From an uncultured Sphingomonadales bacterium (GTDB lineage Bacteria > Pseudomonadota > Alphaproteobacteria > Sphingomonadales > Sphingomonadaceae): DNA of 44,503 bases. The notes beneath the pieces are model-generated. The model worked only from the letters and a program-made list of their open reading frames with translations, was not told where the DNA came from and made no database searches. How positions within the stretch are numbered: the stretch's first letter is position 1; the number at the start of each line of letters is the position of its first letter. Below, in pieces: positions 28,800 to 38,765 of this stretch. The DNA lies in the NCBI GenBank assembly GCA_903911985.1, contig CAIWFP010000014.1, positions 1 through 44,503 on the forward strand, given 5' to 3'. Made by a program: the position numbers and the translations under genes.

Positions 28800-31313
28800 T
28801 CAGAACTTCATCGAGAATTCCGCACCGAACGTGCGCGGAGCAGCCCGGATGAAATAGTCACTGCCATACGAACCCTCGACGTTGATCGCGTTGGGGTAAT
28901 AGACTTTGTCGGTGAGGTTCTTAACGTAAGCGGCCAGGCTGTAATGATCGGTCTTGTACGAAATCCGGCCATTGATCAGCCAGTAGTCGCCACCACCCTG
29001 GCGGATCGGACCCTTGCCCTGGTTGACGCTGGAACCGTTGGCACCGACATAGTTATAGCCACCGAAAACGTCGTAGTAATAGTGGCCGGTATAGCTGGTG
29101 TCGGCGTGCAGCGTCACGGTACCCGTGGCGGTTTTCAGAACCTTCCAGTCAGCACCGATGTTGGCCGAAACCTTGCTAGCGTAAGGGAACGGATTGCCAC
29201 CGACATCGATGTTGCCGCCCGCAGTCGAAATACAGTTGCCCTGCTGCGGCGGCGTTCTGCCAATCGCACCGGACGGGCAGTTAGCATGATCGAACTTACT
29301 GTCCAGCACGCCCAGGCTGGCCGTCAGGTGCAGCGTGTCGGTTGCGGCAAATTCCAGATCCGCATCGAGACCGGTTTCCTTACCGTCGAGGTTGATGAGG
29401 AAGGTCACCGAGCTGGGATCAAGCAGTTGCTGTTGCTGGTTCTTGTAGGTGTAGTGGAACACCGAAGCATTGAACTGCAGTCGGTTATCAAAGAAGCGGC
29501 TCTTCACACCGAATTCAAACGCGTCCACGGTTTCAGGCCGCACGAAATAGACCTGCTTGGCAGACTGGAAAGCCAGACCGTTGTACGTGCCACCGCGATA
29601 ACCACGGCTGTAGCTGGCATAGGCCAACACGCGATCGGCCAACTGGTAATCTACAATCGCACGCCCGGTCAGGCTCGAAGACTTGTCGCGCCGGTTGAGC
29701 GGATTGGCGGCGCCCGGCGAAACACCAATGGTATAGTTGCCCGCCGCATAGTCGGACACCGTGTAGAGCCGTGCCGCGCCGGTACCGTCGTAGAACGTGG
29801 TCAGCGCGTCCAGATAGCCGAAGTGGTCGTTCGTGTAACGAAGCCCGGCGGTCAGCTTCAGCTTGCTGGTAACCGCATAGCTGCCTTCACCGTAGATTGC
29901 CGCAGAGGTACGCTCCTGCGTGTAGTTCTGCGTGGCATCCAGCGGCGTGATCAGGCCGTCACCGGTCAGACCACCAGGATTGAAATGAGTCAGCGGATTG
30001 CCAACCGCAGCATTTACGCCAGCAAGGAAGTCATAGAAGTGCGGCGTGTTGTTGGTCACGATACGGTCGTAACCGTAATAGACGCCGCCGATCAGCTTCA
30101 ACTGGTCGCCGGTATAATCGATGCGCAAGTCTTGGTTGAAGCTTTTCGATTTTGATTCGTAGCCGATGGCGCAGACAGGGTAAGGTGTACCGTCGCAATC
30201 GATGGTCGGTAGCAGGCCAAAGTGGGTCTGGTCATATTCGGTCGACGAGATCAGCTTGACCCGATCAGCCAGGTCGATCTTTGCCGAAAGCACCGCGCCA
30301 AACGTCTTGACGACCGCAGTACCGATCTGGTCGTCCTTGATCTGCAGCGTGCTCAGCCCGCTTCCAGACGCGCTGTAGGCCTGCGGAAACAGCTTGGACA
30401 GGTCGTGCCCATTGCCAAACAGCGTTGATGCCAGCGGCGTGTAGAAAAACGCTAGTGCCGAATTGGCAAGGCTGATGGTGTCGTCGGTCAGCGAAGGGCC
30501 GTGGTTCTGCGGCGAATCTTGACCACCGCTCGACTGGCTGGCATACAGTTTCAGGCTTAGGTCGACACCCGGCGACGGGCGAAATCGGATCTGGCCACGT
30601 AGGCCAAAGCTCTCGGCGCCGCCTGGTGAAATGCCACCGGGATAGACGTTCTTGATGTAGGGATTTGCCTTCACGTAGTTGCCGGCAATACGAATGCCAA
30701 GCACATCTTCGATCGGCGTAAGCTCGATCGCGCCTTCGGCACTGCGGCGGTTGTATGAACCATAGCCGACGGTCAGATAGCCGTTCTGGCCATGCAGCGA
30801 AGGTTTGTTGGTGTTGAAATTGATCGCGCCGCCAGTGGTGTTGCGGCCATAGAGAGTGCCCTGAGGGCCACGCACCACTTCGACTTGCGCCAGATCATAC
30901 AGCTGCTGACCTTGGGCAGCGCGGAACGACTGATAGACTTCATCGACGTAAACCCCGACCGGCGACGCGGCGTTGGAGTTGTATTCGGTGCCTACACCCA
31001 CGCCACGCAGCGTGAAATTCGGCTGGGTTTCACCATAGGCCGAGCTGACCTGCAGGTTGGGAATCGAGTTGTTCATGTCGGCGGTCGAAAACACGCCCTG
31101 CGATTTCAACTTGTCCGACGAGATCGCCGTAACCGAAACCGGCACCTTCTGCAGGTTTTCGCTTCTGCGCGTGGCGGTAACGATAATTTCGGCAAGCCCG
31201 CCGGGCGCAGCCGGTGCTGCCACCTCGGCCGGAGCAGCCGCCTGCGCCATTGCCGGCAGCGGCATGGCGCAGCCGCACATGATCGCAATTTTTACAACAG
31301 TAGCCCGCTTCAT
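28800..31313 (-). CDS. TonB-dependent outer membrane receptor
   Basis: Signal peptide, EIIVTATRRSENLQKVPVSVTA TonB box/plug, VEVVRGPQGTLYGRNTTGGAIN and C-terminal PRTFGAEFSMKF. Confidence 0.95.
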   Translation of the reverse strand: MKRATVVKIAIMCGCAMPLPAMAQAAAPAEVAAPAAPGGLAEIIVTATRRSENLQKVPVSVTAISSDKLKSQGVFSTADMNNSIPNLQVSSAYGETQPNFTLRGVGVGTEYNSNAASPVGVYVDEVYQSFRAAQGQQLYDLAQVEVVRGPQGTLYGRNTTGGAINFNTNKPSLHGQNGYLTVGYGSYNRRSAEGAIELTPIEDVLGIRIAGNYVKANPYIKNVYPGGISPGGAESFGLRGQIRFRPSPGVDLSLKLYASQSSGGQDSPQNHGPSLTDDTISLANSALAFFYTPLASTLFGNGHDLSKLFPQAYSASGSGLSTLQIKDDQIGTAVVKTFGAVLSAKIDLADRVKLISSTEYDQTHFGLLPTIDCDGTPYPVCAIGYESKSKSFNQDLRIDYTGDQLKLIGGVYYGYDRIVTNNTPHFYDFLAGVNAAVGNPLTHFNPGGLTGDGLITPLDATQNYTQERTSAAIYGEGSYAVTSKLKLTAGLRYTNDHFGYLDALTTFYDGTGAARLYTVSDYAAGNYTIGVSPGAANPLNRRDKSSSLTGRAIVDYQLADRVLAYASYSRGYRGGTYNGLAFQSAKQVYFVRPETVDAFEFGVKSRFFDNRLQFNASVFHYTYKNQQQQLLDPSSVTFLINLDGKETGLDADLEFAATDTLHLTASLGVLDSKFDHANCPSGAIGRTPPQQGNCISTAGGNIDVGGNPFPYASKVSANIGADWKVLKTATGTVTLHADTSYTGHYYYDVFGGYNYVGANGSSVNQGKGPIRQGGGDYWLINGRISYKTDHYSLAAYVKNLTDKVYYPNAINVEGSYGSDYFIRAAPRTFGAEFSMKF

Positions 31314-31376
31314 ATCCGACTCTCCCTTGCCCCGGCGCTGTGGTCTCGCGCACGCAAACGCCCGCTCCCGTCGCAG

Positions 31377-31572
31377 TCAACAGAGATGTAGATTAAGGCG
31401 ATCCATACTGTCAATAGCTGAAAGGTACCCAATCATACCCACTGGTATTTTAGCCTCTACTAGCCCAGGTGAAGCCCTCTTGATCCCTTTCCGGGTATTC
31501 CCGACACCAACGGCACCCACGCAGGCATCACCGTACCAAACGCCCGGAAATTGTTATCAACACATTTGTTGA
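31377..31572. promoter_or_regulatory. Divergent control region with operator A x2 and operator B
   Basis: TCAACAGAGATGTAGA (31377-31392), ATACCCACTGGTAT (31435-31448) and TCAACACATTTGTTGA (31557-31572). Confidence 0.7.
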
Positions 31573-31656
31573 CTTCTTCGAGGCCGCGCCATACCGAAAC
31601 ACGACGCCGGAGCGTCACGAAACTCTGGTGGCAACGTTAGGCGGACCTGACCGGAT

Positions 31657-33612
31657 ATGACCAAGACCCATGCACCGGCGCCGGATCACGGCTGGTTGCT
31701 GGCAGCATTGGCAGCAGCCAATGTGCCGACGCTGGCCTGTGTTCTGGTCCATCTGACCGGGGATTGTCGCTGGATCGGTCCGCGCTATGCCCCAAGCCGC
31801 ATCCGCGGGCTGGATGACAATGACACCGGCGGATTTTCCGATGAAATCCAGGCCGAGATCCGGGATGCGGTGCATGATGCGCTGGTGGCGTGGTTCGATG
31901 GCCGCCCGCCTGCGCTGCCGGAACCGTCAGACCAGCTGTTGCTGGAGATGATGAGCGTCTCGCTGGGCGAAGACGTGCCTGACAATTACATCACGATGAT
32001 CCGCCAGGATCTGGGCCTTGCTTCGTTTGCGCCATCCTGCCCAGCCGCGGTTGCAACGCCCGTTCCCGAAGGTTTTACGGCGCTGATCATCGGCGCAGGG
32101 ATATCCGGGATTTGCGCCGCCATCGAATTTGCCAAGGCCGGCATTCCCTATGTGATTGTCGAACGGCGGCCGGCGCTTGGCGGGGTATGGTTCGACAACC
32201 GCTATCCGGGCGCGGCCTGCGATGTGCCAAGCCATCTCTATTCCTATTCCTTCGCACCCTATGACTGGTCGCGCTATTTCGCCGGCAGCCGCGAAATTCA
32301 TGCCTATCTCGAACATGTTGCCGATGCGTTTGATGTGCGCCGCCACATCCGTTTCGGAACCGAGGTTGAATCCGCACGGTATTGCGCCGACACCGCTACC
32401 TGGGCGGCAGAGGCTATCGACAGCGACGGCAACCGCGAAACGCTGACCGCCAGGATTCTTCTGAGCTGCGTTGGCGCTTTCAACAAGCCGCGCATCCCTG
32501 CCGTTGAAGGAATGGACAGCTTCACCGGACCAAGCGTCCATACCGGCCAATATCCTGACGCTGGCCTCGATCTTGCCGGGCGCGATGTGGTGCTGGTGGG
32601 CAACGGCGCCAGCGCCATGCAGGTCGCCCCCGCAATTGTCGATCAGGTCCGTTCGCTGACGATCATCCAGCGCTCTGCGCAGTGGGCGGCACCCTTTCCC
32701 AAATTCGGCCAGGACATTCCCGACCCTGTCAAGCGCCTGATCCGCGAAGTGCCGCTTTATCGGCAATGGTACCGTTTGCGGCTGAACTGGGCATTCAACG
32801 ACAAGCTGTACGAGGCGCTGCAGCAGGATCCGTCGTGGGATGGACAGGGCCGGTCGATCAATGCCATCAACGACAGCCACCGCAAGGCGCTGACCGGATA
32901 TATCAAAGCCGAGCTTGGCAATGCACAACATCTGCTGCCCGATGTGCTGCCGCAATATCCGCCGTTCGGCAAACGGATGCTGCTGGACAACGGCTGGTTT
33001 CGCACGCTGGCGCGGGACAATGTCAAACCTGTCATGGCCGGCGTTAGCAAAGTCCTGCCCGATGCCGTGGTGACGACCGACGGCGGCGTCCATCATGCCG
33101 ACGTGATCATCTGGGCCACCGGTTTCGACGTGGTCAACCTGCTGGCGCCGATGAAGGTGACCGGCCTTGGCGGGCGTGAACTGCACGACGATTGGGACGG
33201 CGACAATGCGCGAGCCTATCTTGGCACAGTGGTGCCGGGCTATCCCAACTTCTTCTGTCTTTATGGCCCGAACACGCAATTTGGCCATGGCGGCAGCCTG
33301 ATCACGGTGCTCGAACGGCAGATGCACTATGTCATGTCACTGCTGCACCAGATGCTGGCGCACGGTATCGAGACCGTCGATGTCCGTCGCGATGTGCACG
33401 ACGCCTACAACGCCAAAGTCGATGCCACCCATGCCCGGATGGTGTGGACTTATCCCGGCGTCGAAACCTACTACAAGAATTCCCGGGGACGCGTGGTGGT
33501 CAACAACCCGTTCCGCGTGCTGGAATTCTGGCGCATGACCGAAACGGCAGACTTGTCCGAATACGAAGTGGCCCATGCCACGTCGACGGATCATGCGGGG
33601 GCGGCCGCATGA
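31657..33612 (+). CDS. Baeyer-Villiger monooxygenase with N-terminal extension (HAPMO-like; BVMO-4)
   Basis: About 140-aa N-terminal extension (ANVPTL..VLVHLTGD), GAGISG, NRYPGAACD, FTGPSVHTGQYP, GNGASA, YPPFGKRMLLDNGW and YYKNSRGRV. Confidence 0.88.
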   Translation: MTKTHAPAPDHGWLLAALAAANVPTLACVLVHLTGDCRWIGPRYAPSRIRGLDDNDTGGFSDEIQAEIRDAVHDALVAWFDGRPPALPEPSDQLLLEMMSVSLGEDVPDNYITMIRQDLGLASFAPSCPAAVATPVPEGFTALIIGAGISGICAAIEFAKAGIPYVIVERRPALGGVWFDNRYPGAACDVPSHLYSYSFAPYDWSRYFAGSREIHAYLEHVADAFDVRRHIRFGTEVESARYCADTATWAAEAIDSDGNRETLTARILLSCVGAFNKPRIPAVEGMDSFTGPSVHTGQYPDAGLDLAGRDVVLVGNGASAMQVAPAIVDQVRSLTIIQRSAQWAAPFPKFGQDIPDPVKRLIREVPLYRQWYRLRLNWAFNDKLYEALQQDPSWDGQGRSINAINDSHRKALTGYIKAELGNAQHLLPDVLPQYPPFGKRMLLDNGWFRTLARDNVKPVMAGVSKVLPDAVVTTDGGVHHADVIIWATGFDVVNLLAPMKVTGLGGRELHDDWDGDNARAYLGTVVPGYPNFFCLYGPNTQFGHGGSLITVLERQMHYVMSLLHQMLAHGIETVDVRRDVHDAYNAKVDATHARMVWTYPGVETYYKNSRGRVVVNNPFRVLEFWRMTETADLSEYEVAHATSTDHAGAAA

Positions 33613-34373
33613 CCGTGCCGGTCGAAATCGAATACCACGGCGCGACGCTGGTGATCGCCATCAACCGTCCGGCGCAACGCAACGCGGTGAATCAGGCCGT
33701 GTCGCTGGCCATCGCCGCGGCACTCGACACGCTCGATGCCGATCCGGCCCTGCGGGTGGGCATCATTACCGGGCGTGGCACATCGTTTTGTGCAGGGATG
33801 GATCTGCGCGCCTTTGTCGAGGGCGAACGCCCGGAAATGCCAGGTCGGGGATTTGCCGGCATTACCGAGGCACCGCCGAAAAAGCCGGTGATCGCAGCGG
33901 TTGAAGGCTTTGCCCTGGCCGGCGGATGCGAACTGGCGCTGGCCTGCGACCTGATCGTCGCGGCGCAGGATGCGTGGTTTGGCCTGCCCGAAGTGATGCG
34001 CGGGCTGGTTGCCGGTTCCGGCGGGCTGATCCGCCTGCCCCGCCGCATCCCCCCTGCGATTGCGCTGGAATATGCGCTGACCGGCGCGCGGATGGACGCC
34101 ACCACCGCCCAAGGCTGGGGCCTGGTCAATCGGCTGACCCCACCCGGGCAGGCGCTGACCGGGGCGCTGGCACTGGCGGCGCAAATCGCCGCCAACGCTC
34201 CGCTCAGCGTCGCCATGACCAAGCGCATCGTGCATGAATCCGCCAGCTGGGATGCCGATCAGCTGTGGGACACCCAACGCGCGCTGGTGGAGCCGGTGCT
34301 GGCATCGCGCGATGCTATCGAAGGGTCGCGTGCATTTGCCGAAAAACGTGATCCTGTTTGGAGTGGAACATGA
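33609..34373 (+). CDS. Enoyl-CoA hydratase / crotonase
   Basis: INRPAQRNAVN, FCAGMDL, GGCELAL and FGLPEV (both catalytic Glu). ATGA overlap. Confidence 0.92.
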   Translation: MTVPVEIEYHGATLVIAINRPAQRNAVNQAVSLAIAAALDTLDADPALRVGIITGRGTSFCAGMDLRAFVEGERPEMPGRGFAGITEAPPKKPVIAAVEGFALAGGCELALACDLIVAAQDAWFGLPEVMRGLVAGSGGLIRLPRRIPPAIALEYALTGARMDATTAQGWGLVNRLTPPGQALTGALALAAQIAANAPLSVAMTKRIVHESASWDADQLWDTQRALVEPVLASRDAIEGSRAFAEKRDPVWSGT

Positions 34374-35215
34374 CCAGATCAGTCGCGGTTGTCGGCGGCG
34401 GCACCATGGGTGTCGGCATCATCTATGTGTCGGCGCTGGCCGGTAGCGATGTGGTGTTTGTCGAACCCGATGCAGCGCGCGCCGCTGCGGTCGTGCGCAC
34501 GGTGGCCGACACCGCCGCCGCTGCGGTCACGCGCGGCAAGATAAACGTCGATGGTGCTGCGGCACTGTCGCAGCGGATCACCGGGCTGGCCGCGATCGAG
34601 GCGCTGCCCGCCGGACTTGATCTGGTGATCGAAACCGTTCCCGAACGGCTGGAGCTGAAGCTGGACGTGCTGGCGCGCATCGCCGCGCGCGCACCTGCGC
34701 TGATCGGCACCAACACCAGCGCGCTGTCGATCGACCGGCTGGCCGCCGCTTTGCCTGACCCCACGATGTTTCTGGGCATGCACTTTTTCAATCCGGTATG
34801 GTCGATCAAGCTGGTCGAGCTGGTTCAGGGCGCCGCCACTGCGCCGGTCGCGCTGGATCTGGCGCGGAGCTTTGTTGCGCACATTGGCAAGGAATCGCTG
34901 ACCGTGCGCGATGTGCCGGGCTTTGCCACCAGCCGGCTCGACCTGATTGCCAGCCTTGAAGCGATGCGCATGCTGGAAAGCGGGGTGGCCAGCGCGGCGG
35001 ACATCGATCGTGCCGCAGTGGTCGCCTATTGCCATCCGGTGGGGCCGCTGCGACTGAGCGATATTGTCGGGCTGGATGTCCGGCTGGATATCGCCCGCAC
35101 GCTGGAGGCGGCGCACGGGCCGCGTTTTGCCCCGCCACAGATTTTGATCGAGATGGTTGCCGGGGGCAAACTCGGCGCGAAATCCGGACAGGGCTTTTTC
35201 ACCTGGCCGGAATGA
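34370..35215 (+). CDS. 3-hydroxyacyl-CoA dehydrogenase
   Basis: GGGTMG, ETVPE.LELK, NTSAL, GMHFFNP and GKLGAKSGQGFF. Confidence 0.92.
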   Translation: MTRSVAVVGGGTMGVGIIYVSALAGSDVVFVEPDAARAAAVVRTVADTAAAAVTRGKINVDGAAALSQRITGLAAIEALPAGLDLVIETVPERLELKLDVLARIAARAPALIGTNTSALSIDRLAAALPDPTMFLGMHFFNPVWSIKLVELVQGAATAPVALDLARSFVAHIGKESLTVRDVPGFATSRLDLIASLEAMRMLESGVASAADIDRAAVVAYCHPVGPLRLSDIVGLDVRLDIARTLEAAHGPRFAPPQILIEMVAGGKLGAKSGQGFFTWPE

Positions 35216-35240
35216 TTTTTGGTTTTTTGGGAGACGATTG

Positions 35241-36422
35241 ATGTCAGCACCGTCGCTGTTTGAGTCCACGTTGGTCGATACCGCCGACCATCACCGCGAT
35301 CTGCGCGAAAGCGTGCGCAAACTGGTCAGCAAATTCGGCCGCAAATACTTTCAGCAGGTCGTCAACGCCGGTGAAAAACCGGTGGAACTGTGGAACGCCC
35401 TGGGTGAAGCCGGGTTTCTGGGCGTGCACATTGCCGAACAACACGGCGGCGGTGGCGGCGGTCTGTCCGAACTCAATGTGGTGATCGAAGAGGTTGCGGC
35501 CAACGGCTGCCCGATGTTGCAGATGGTGATCAATTCGATCACCGCGCCGATCATCGCCGGGTGTGGCACCGACGCACACAAGCGCGACTGGTTGCCGGGC
35601 ATCGCCAATGGCACGCGCCGGATGTCGTTCGCGATTACCGAACCCGACGCCGGATCGAACACCCACAAAGTCACCACCAACGCCCAGCGCACCAGCACCG
35701 GGTGGGTGATCAACGGCGCAAAATACTGGACATCCGCTCTGGATGAGGCTGATGCGGTGATGGTGGTGGCGCGCGACGGGGACCCGGTGCCGGATGGACA
35801 ACGGGCCGGCCTGTCGCTGTTTATTGTTCCCGCTGATGCCCCGGGCATTTCCAAAACCCGCATCGACAGTGCACTGCGCAGTTCGGAAAAGCAGTTTTCG
35901 GTGTTTTTCGATAATGTCGAAATTCCCGAATCCGCGCTGGTCGGCACGCCTGGCGCCGGGCTGCATCAGGTGTTTACCGGGCTGAACCCCGAACGCGTCG
36001 CCGCCGCTGCGGTCAACAACGGCATTGCGCGGTTCGCGATCGCGCAGGCCACACAATATTGCAAGGACCGATCGGTGTGGAAAACCCCGATCGGCGCGCA
36101 CCAGGGCGTCGCGCATCCGCTGGCCGAGGCCTATATCAACGTGCAGGCCGCGCGCCTGTTGACCGCGCGTGCTGCGCAACTGTGTGACGGAGGCGAAGAT
36201 GCCGCCGAAACCGCCAACATGGCCAAATTTGCCGCCGCCGAAGCATCGCTGAAAGCGCTCGACCAGGCGATTCAGGTGCATGGTGGCAATGGCCTGTCGA
36301 ACGAATATGGTCTGTCGGACCTGTGGTTCATCGCGCGCCTGCACCGCACCGCGCCGGTCAGCCGTGAAATGATCCTGAACTATGTTGCCCAGCACAGCCT
36401 TGGCCTGCCCAAGAGCTATTAA
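35241..36422 (+). CDS. Acyl-CoA dehydrogenase
   Basis: FAITEPDAGS, INGAKYWTS, LNPER, PIGAHQGVAHPLA and QVHGGNG. Confidence 0.93.
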   Translation: MSAPSLFESTLVDTADHHRDLRESVRKLVSKFGRKYFQQVVNAGEKPVELWNALGEAGFLGVHIAEQHGGGGGGLSELNVVIEEVAANGCPMLQMVINSITAPIIAGCGTDAHKRDWLPGIANGTRRMSFAITEPDAGSNTHKVTTNAQRTSTGWVINGAKYWTSALDEADAVMVVARDGDPVPDGQRAGLSLFIVPADAPGISKTRIDSALRSSEKQFSVFFDNVEIPESALVGTPGAGLHQVFTGLNPERVAAAAVNNGIARFAIAQATQYCKDRSVWKTPIGAHQGVAHPLAEAYINVQAARLLTARAAQLCDGGEDAAETANMAKFAAAEASLKALDQAIQVHGGNGLSNEYGLSDLWFIARLHRTAPVSREMILNYVAQHSLGLPKSY

Positions 36423-36438
36423 CCGGAAACCGAGCGCC

Positions 36439-37962
36439 ATGGTGCCGACCCTGCCCGATCTGTTGCGACATTTCGCCCGCACGACACCAGCGGCGCCGTG
36501 CGTGTCGTTCGGACAGGAAACGCTCGACTTCCTGGCGCTTGAGCGGCGCAGCAACCGGGTTGCCGCATTGCTGCACGACCATGGCGTAAACCCGGGGGAC
36601 CGCGTGGCATTCATCGCGCGCAACCTGCCCGAACATTATGAACTGTTCTATGGTTGTGCGAGGGCGGGAGCGATCTTGTTACCGCTCAACTGGCGCCTGT
36701 CGCCGGGCGAAGTTGCCCAGATCATCAATGACGCACAGCCCGCGCTGATACTGGTCGCAGATGAATTTCTGCCCCTGCTCAAAGAAACGCAGACCGCCTG
36801 CCCGGTCATCGTGTCAGATCGCGAATATGTCATCATGCGCGATGCCACATCGGCTGCCGAACAGGGCCGCACCATCGCCCGCGACGATGTGGCGCTGATC
36901 CTTTACACCTCTGGCACCACCGGTCAGCCCAAGGGCGTCGTGCTGACCCACGGCAACCTGGCGCTGGTGGATCGTATGGCGCGCGAAAAGTGGGGCTTTT
37001 CCTCCGCCAGCGTCAACCTGGTGGCGCTGCCGTTGTTTCACATTGGCGGCATCGGCTATGGCATGATGGCGCTCAGCCAGGGCGGGCACAGCGTGATCGT
37101 GCAGCAACCCTCGCCCGAAGCCGTGATCGCCAGCATCCACCAGCACCACATCACGCACTTGTTCCTTGTGCCGGCCGTTCTGCAGACACTGCTCGATGCG
37201 CCGGGCGTCGACACCATGGACCTGACGAGCGTGCAACGCATTATGTACGGGGCCGCACCGATCACCGAACAATTGGTCAAGCGCGCAATCAGGGTGTTCG
37301 GCTGCCAGTTCAACCATGCCTATGGCATGACCGAGACGGCCGGAACGGTCATCACGTCAGAGCCTGCAGACCATGATCCGGGCGGCCCGCTGGCGCATCG
37401 CTTGCGTTCATGCGGCAGGCCGGTTCCGTGGGTGGAGCTGGATCTGGTTGATCCGACTACCGGGGCCAGCGTGGCCACCGGCGAAGTCGGTGAAGTGTGT
37501 GTGCGATCACCGATGATCATGGCAGGCTATTGGCAAAAGCCATCTGAAACACTGGCCGCGAAAAATGCCGATGGTTGGCTGAAAACCGGCGATGCGGCAC
37601 TGATGGATGTGGACGGCTATGTCTATCTGCAGGACCGGTACAAGGACATGATCATTTCCGGCGGGGAAAATATCTATCCCACCGAAATCGAGAATGTTCT
37701 CAACAATCTGCCCGGCGTTTCCGAAGTCGCGGTCATCGGCGTGCCCCATGACAAATGGGGCGAAACGCCCTGCGCCTGCATCGTGCCGACCGGCGATGCC
37801 GCGTTGACCGAGAGTGCTGTGGTGGCGTTCGCACGTGACCACCTGGCGCATTACAAATGCCCGACCAAAGTCGTGTTTGTGCGCAGCCTGCCGCGCACCG
37901 CCGCGGGCAAGGTGATGAAGCGCGCAATGCGCGGCGAAGCATGGATCAAGGATCACACATGA
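36439..37962 (+). CDS. Long-chain fatty acid-CoA ligase
   Basis: LYTSGTTGQPKG, YGMTET, GWLKTGD, DRYKDMIISGGENIYP and LPRTAAGK. Confidence 0.92.
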   Translation: MVPTLPDLLRHFARTTPAAPCVSFGQETLDFLALERRSNRVAALLHDHGVNPGDRVAFIARNLPEHYELFYGCARAGAILLPLNWRLSPGEVAQIINDAQPALILVADEFLPLLKETQTACPVIVSDREYVIMRDATSAAEQGRTIARDDVALILYTSGTTGQPKGVVLTHGNLALVDRMAREKWGFSSASVNLVALPLFHIGGIGYGMMALSQGGHSVIVQQPSPEAVIASIHQHHITHLFLVPAVLQTLLDAPGVDTMDLTSVQRIMYGAAPITEQLVKRAIRVFGCQFNHAYGMTETAGTVITSEPADHDPGGPLAHRLRSCGRPVPWVELDLVDPTTGASVATGEVGEVCVRSPMIMAGYWQKPSETLAAKNADGWLKTGDAALMDVDGYVYLQDRYKDMIISGGENIYPTEIENVLNNLPGVSEVAVIGVPHDKWGETPCACIVPTGDAALTESAVVAFARDHLAHYKCPTKVVFVRSLPRTAAGKVMKRAMRGEAWIKDHT

Positions 37963-38765
37963 CGGATGGCCTGCACCCTTCGGCCCGGCTGCTGCGCGGC
38001 TTTGCCACCGATTTCCTGACTTGCCATGACCCGGCCGTGGTGCCCCGGATCATGGACCCGGCCTATCAACTGAACATTGGCGGGCACGTGCTGGCGGGCC
38101 GCGACCACGCCTATGCGCCGGCAACCGTGGCCCAGCTTGACCAGTTTCCGGGGCTGATCGTGACCGTGCACGATGTGCTGGTCGGGCCGGATATGGTGGC
38201 GATGCGGTTCACCGAACATGGCGTTTCGCGCAAGCATGCCCCCCATGCCGCAGCATGGGGCGGGGTGACGCTGTTTCAGATCGAAAATGGCCGGCTGCGC
38301 CATGGCTGGGCCGAAGAGGACTATTTTGCGCGCAAGCGGCAATTGGCCAGCGGCGTGTGCGATCTGATCCGGCCACCGGCATCTGCGCCATGGGATACGC
38401 CCTGCCTTGCGCCCGACCTGCAGGCCGAAGCGGTTGCACGCACCTGGCTGGAAGACCCGCGATCCTGCCTCGACGGCGAAATGGTGGAAACGATCGACTG
38501 CCATGGGCCGCTCGCCACAGCGCTGATCGCGCCACTGCATGTGCAGATCAACGCAGCGTTGTCCGCCGGACCGCGCGTGGCTTTCCAGATCGACGTGCAT
38601 GGTGCTTATGCTGGCGGATTTGACGACATCCCGACGGACCATGTCGGCTACCCCGTTATCCTGCGGTTCGCCGGCCTGCTGGACACCGCCGGCAATCGCG
38701 TGACCCGCGCACAGATAGTAGCCGACCGCCTTGGCCTGCAGCGCAGCCTGCTGGGTGCGCGATGA
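37959..38765 (+). CDS. SnoaL/NTF2-like ester-cyclase family protein (probable tandem domains)
   Basis: FPGLIVTVHDVLVGPDMVAMRFTEHG and GVTLFQIENGRL. Second half has GPRVAFQIDVHGAY. Overlaps both neighbours. Confidence 0.65.
   Translation: MTDGLHPSARLLRGFATDFLTCHDPAVVPRIMDPAYQLNIGGHVLAGRDHAYAPATVAQLDQFPGLIVTVHDVLVGPDMVAMRFTEHGVSRKHAPHAAAWGGVTLFQIENGRLRHGWAEEDYFARKRQLASGVCDLIRPPASAPWDTPCLAPDLQAEAVARTWLEDPRSCLDGEMVETIDCHGPLATALIAPLHVQINAALSAGPRVAFQIDVHGAYAGGFDDIPTDHVGYPVILRFAGLLDTAGNRVTRAQIVADRLGLQRSLLGAR

Noticed and set aside
28683-30155. 490-aa + strand ORF
   Set aside because: Antisense shadow of the TonB receptor with no recognisable motifs. Expected from GC3 codon bias.
28800-31313. Apparently lower GC of the TonB receptor as a sign of separate acquisition
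   Set aside because: Explainable by the Tyr/Asn/Thr/Phe-rich barrel composition, and the gene shares the island's operators.
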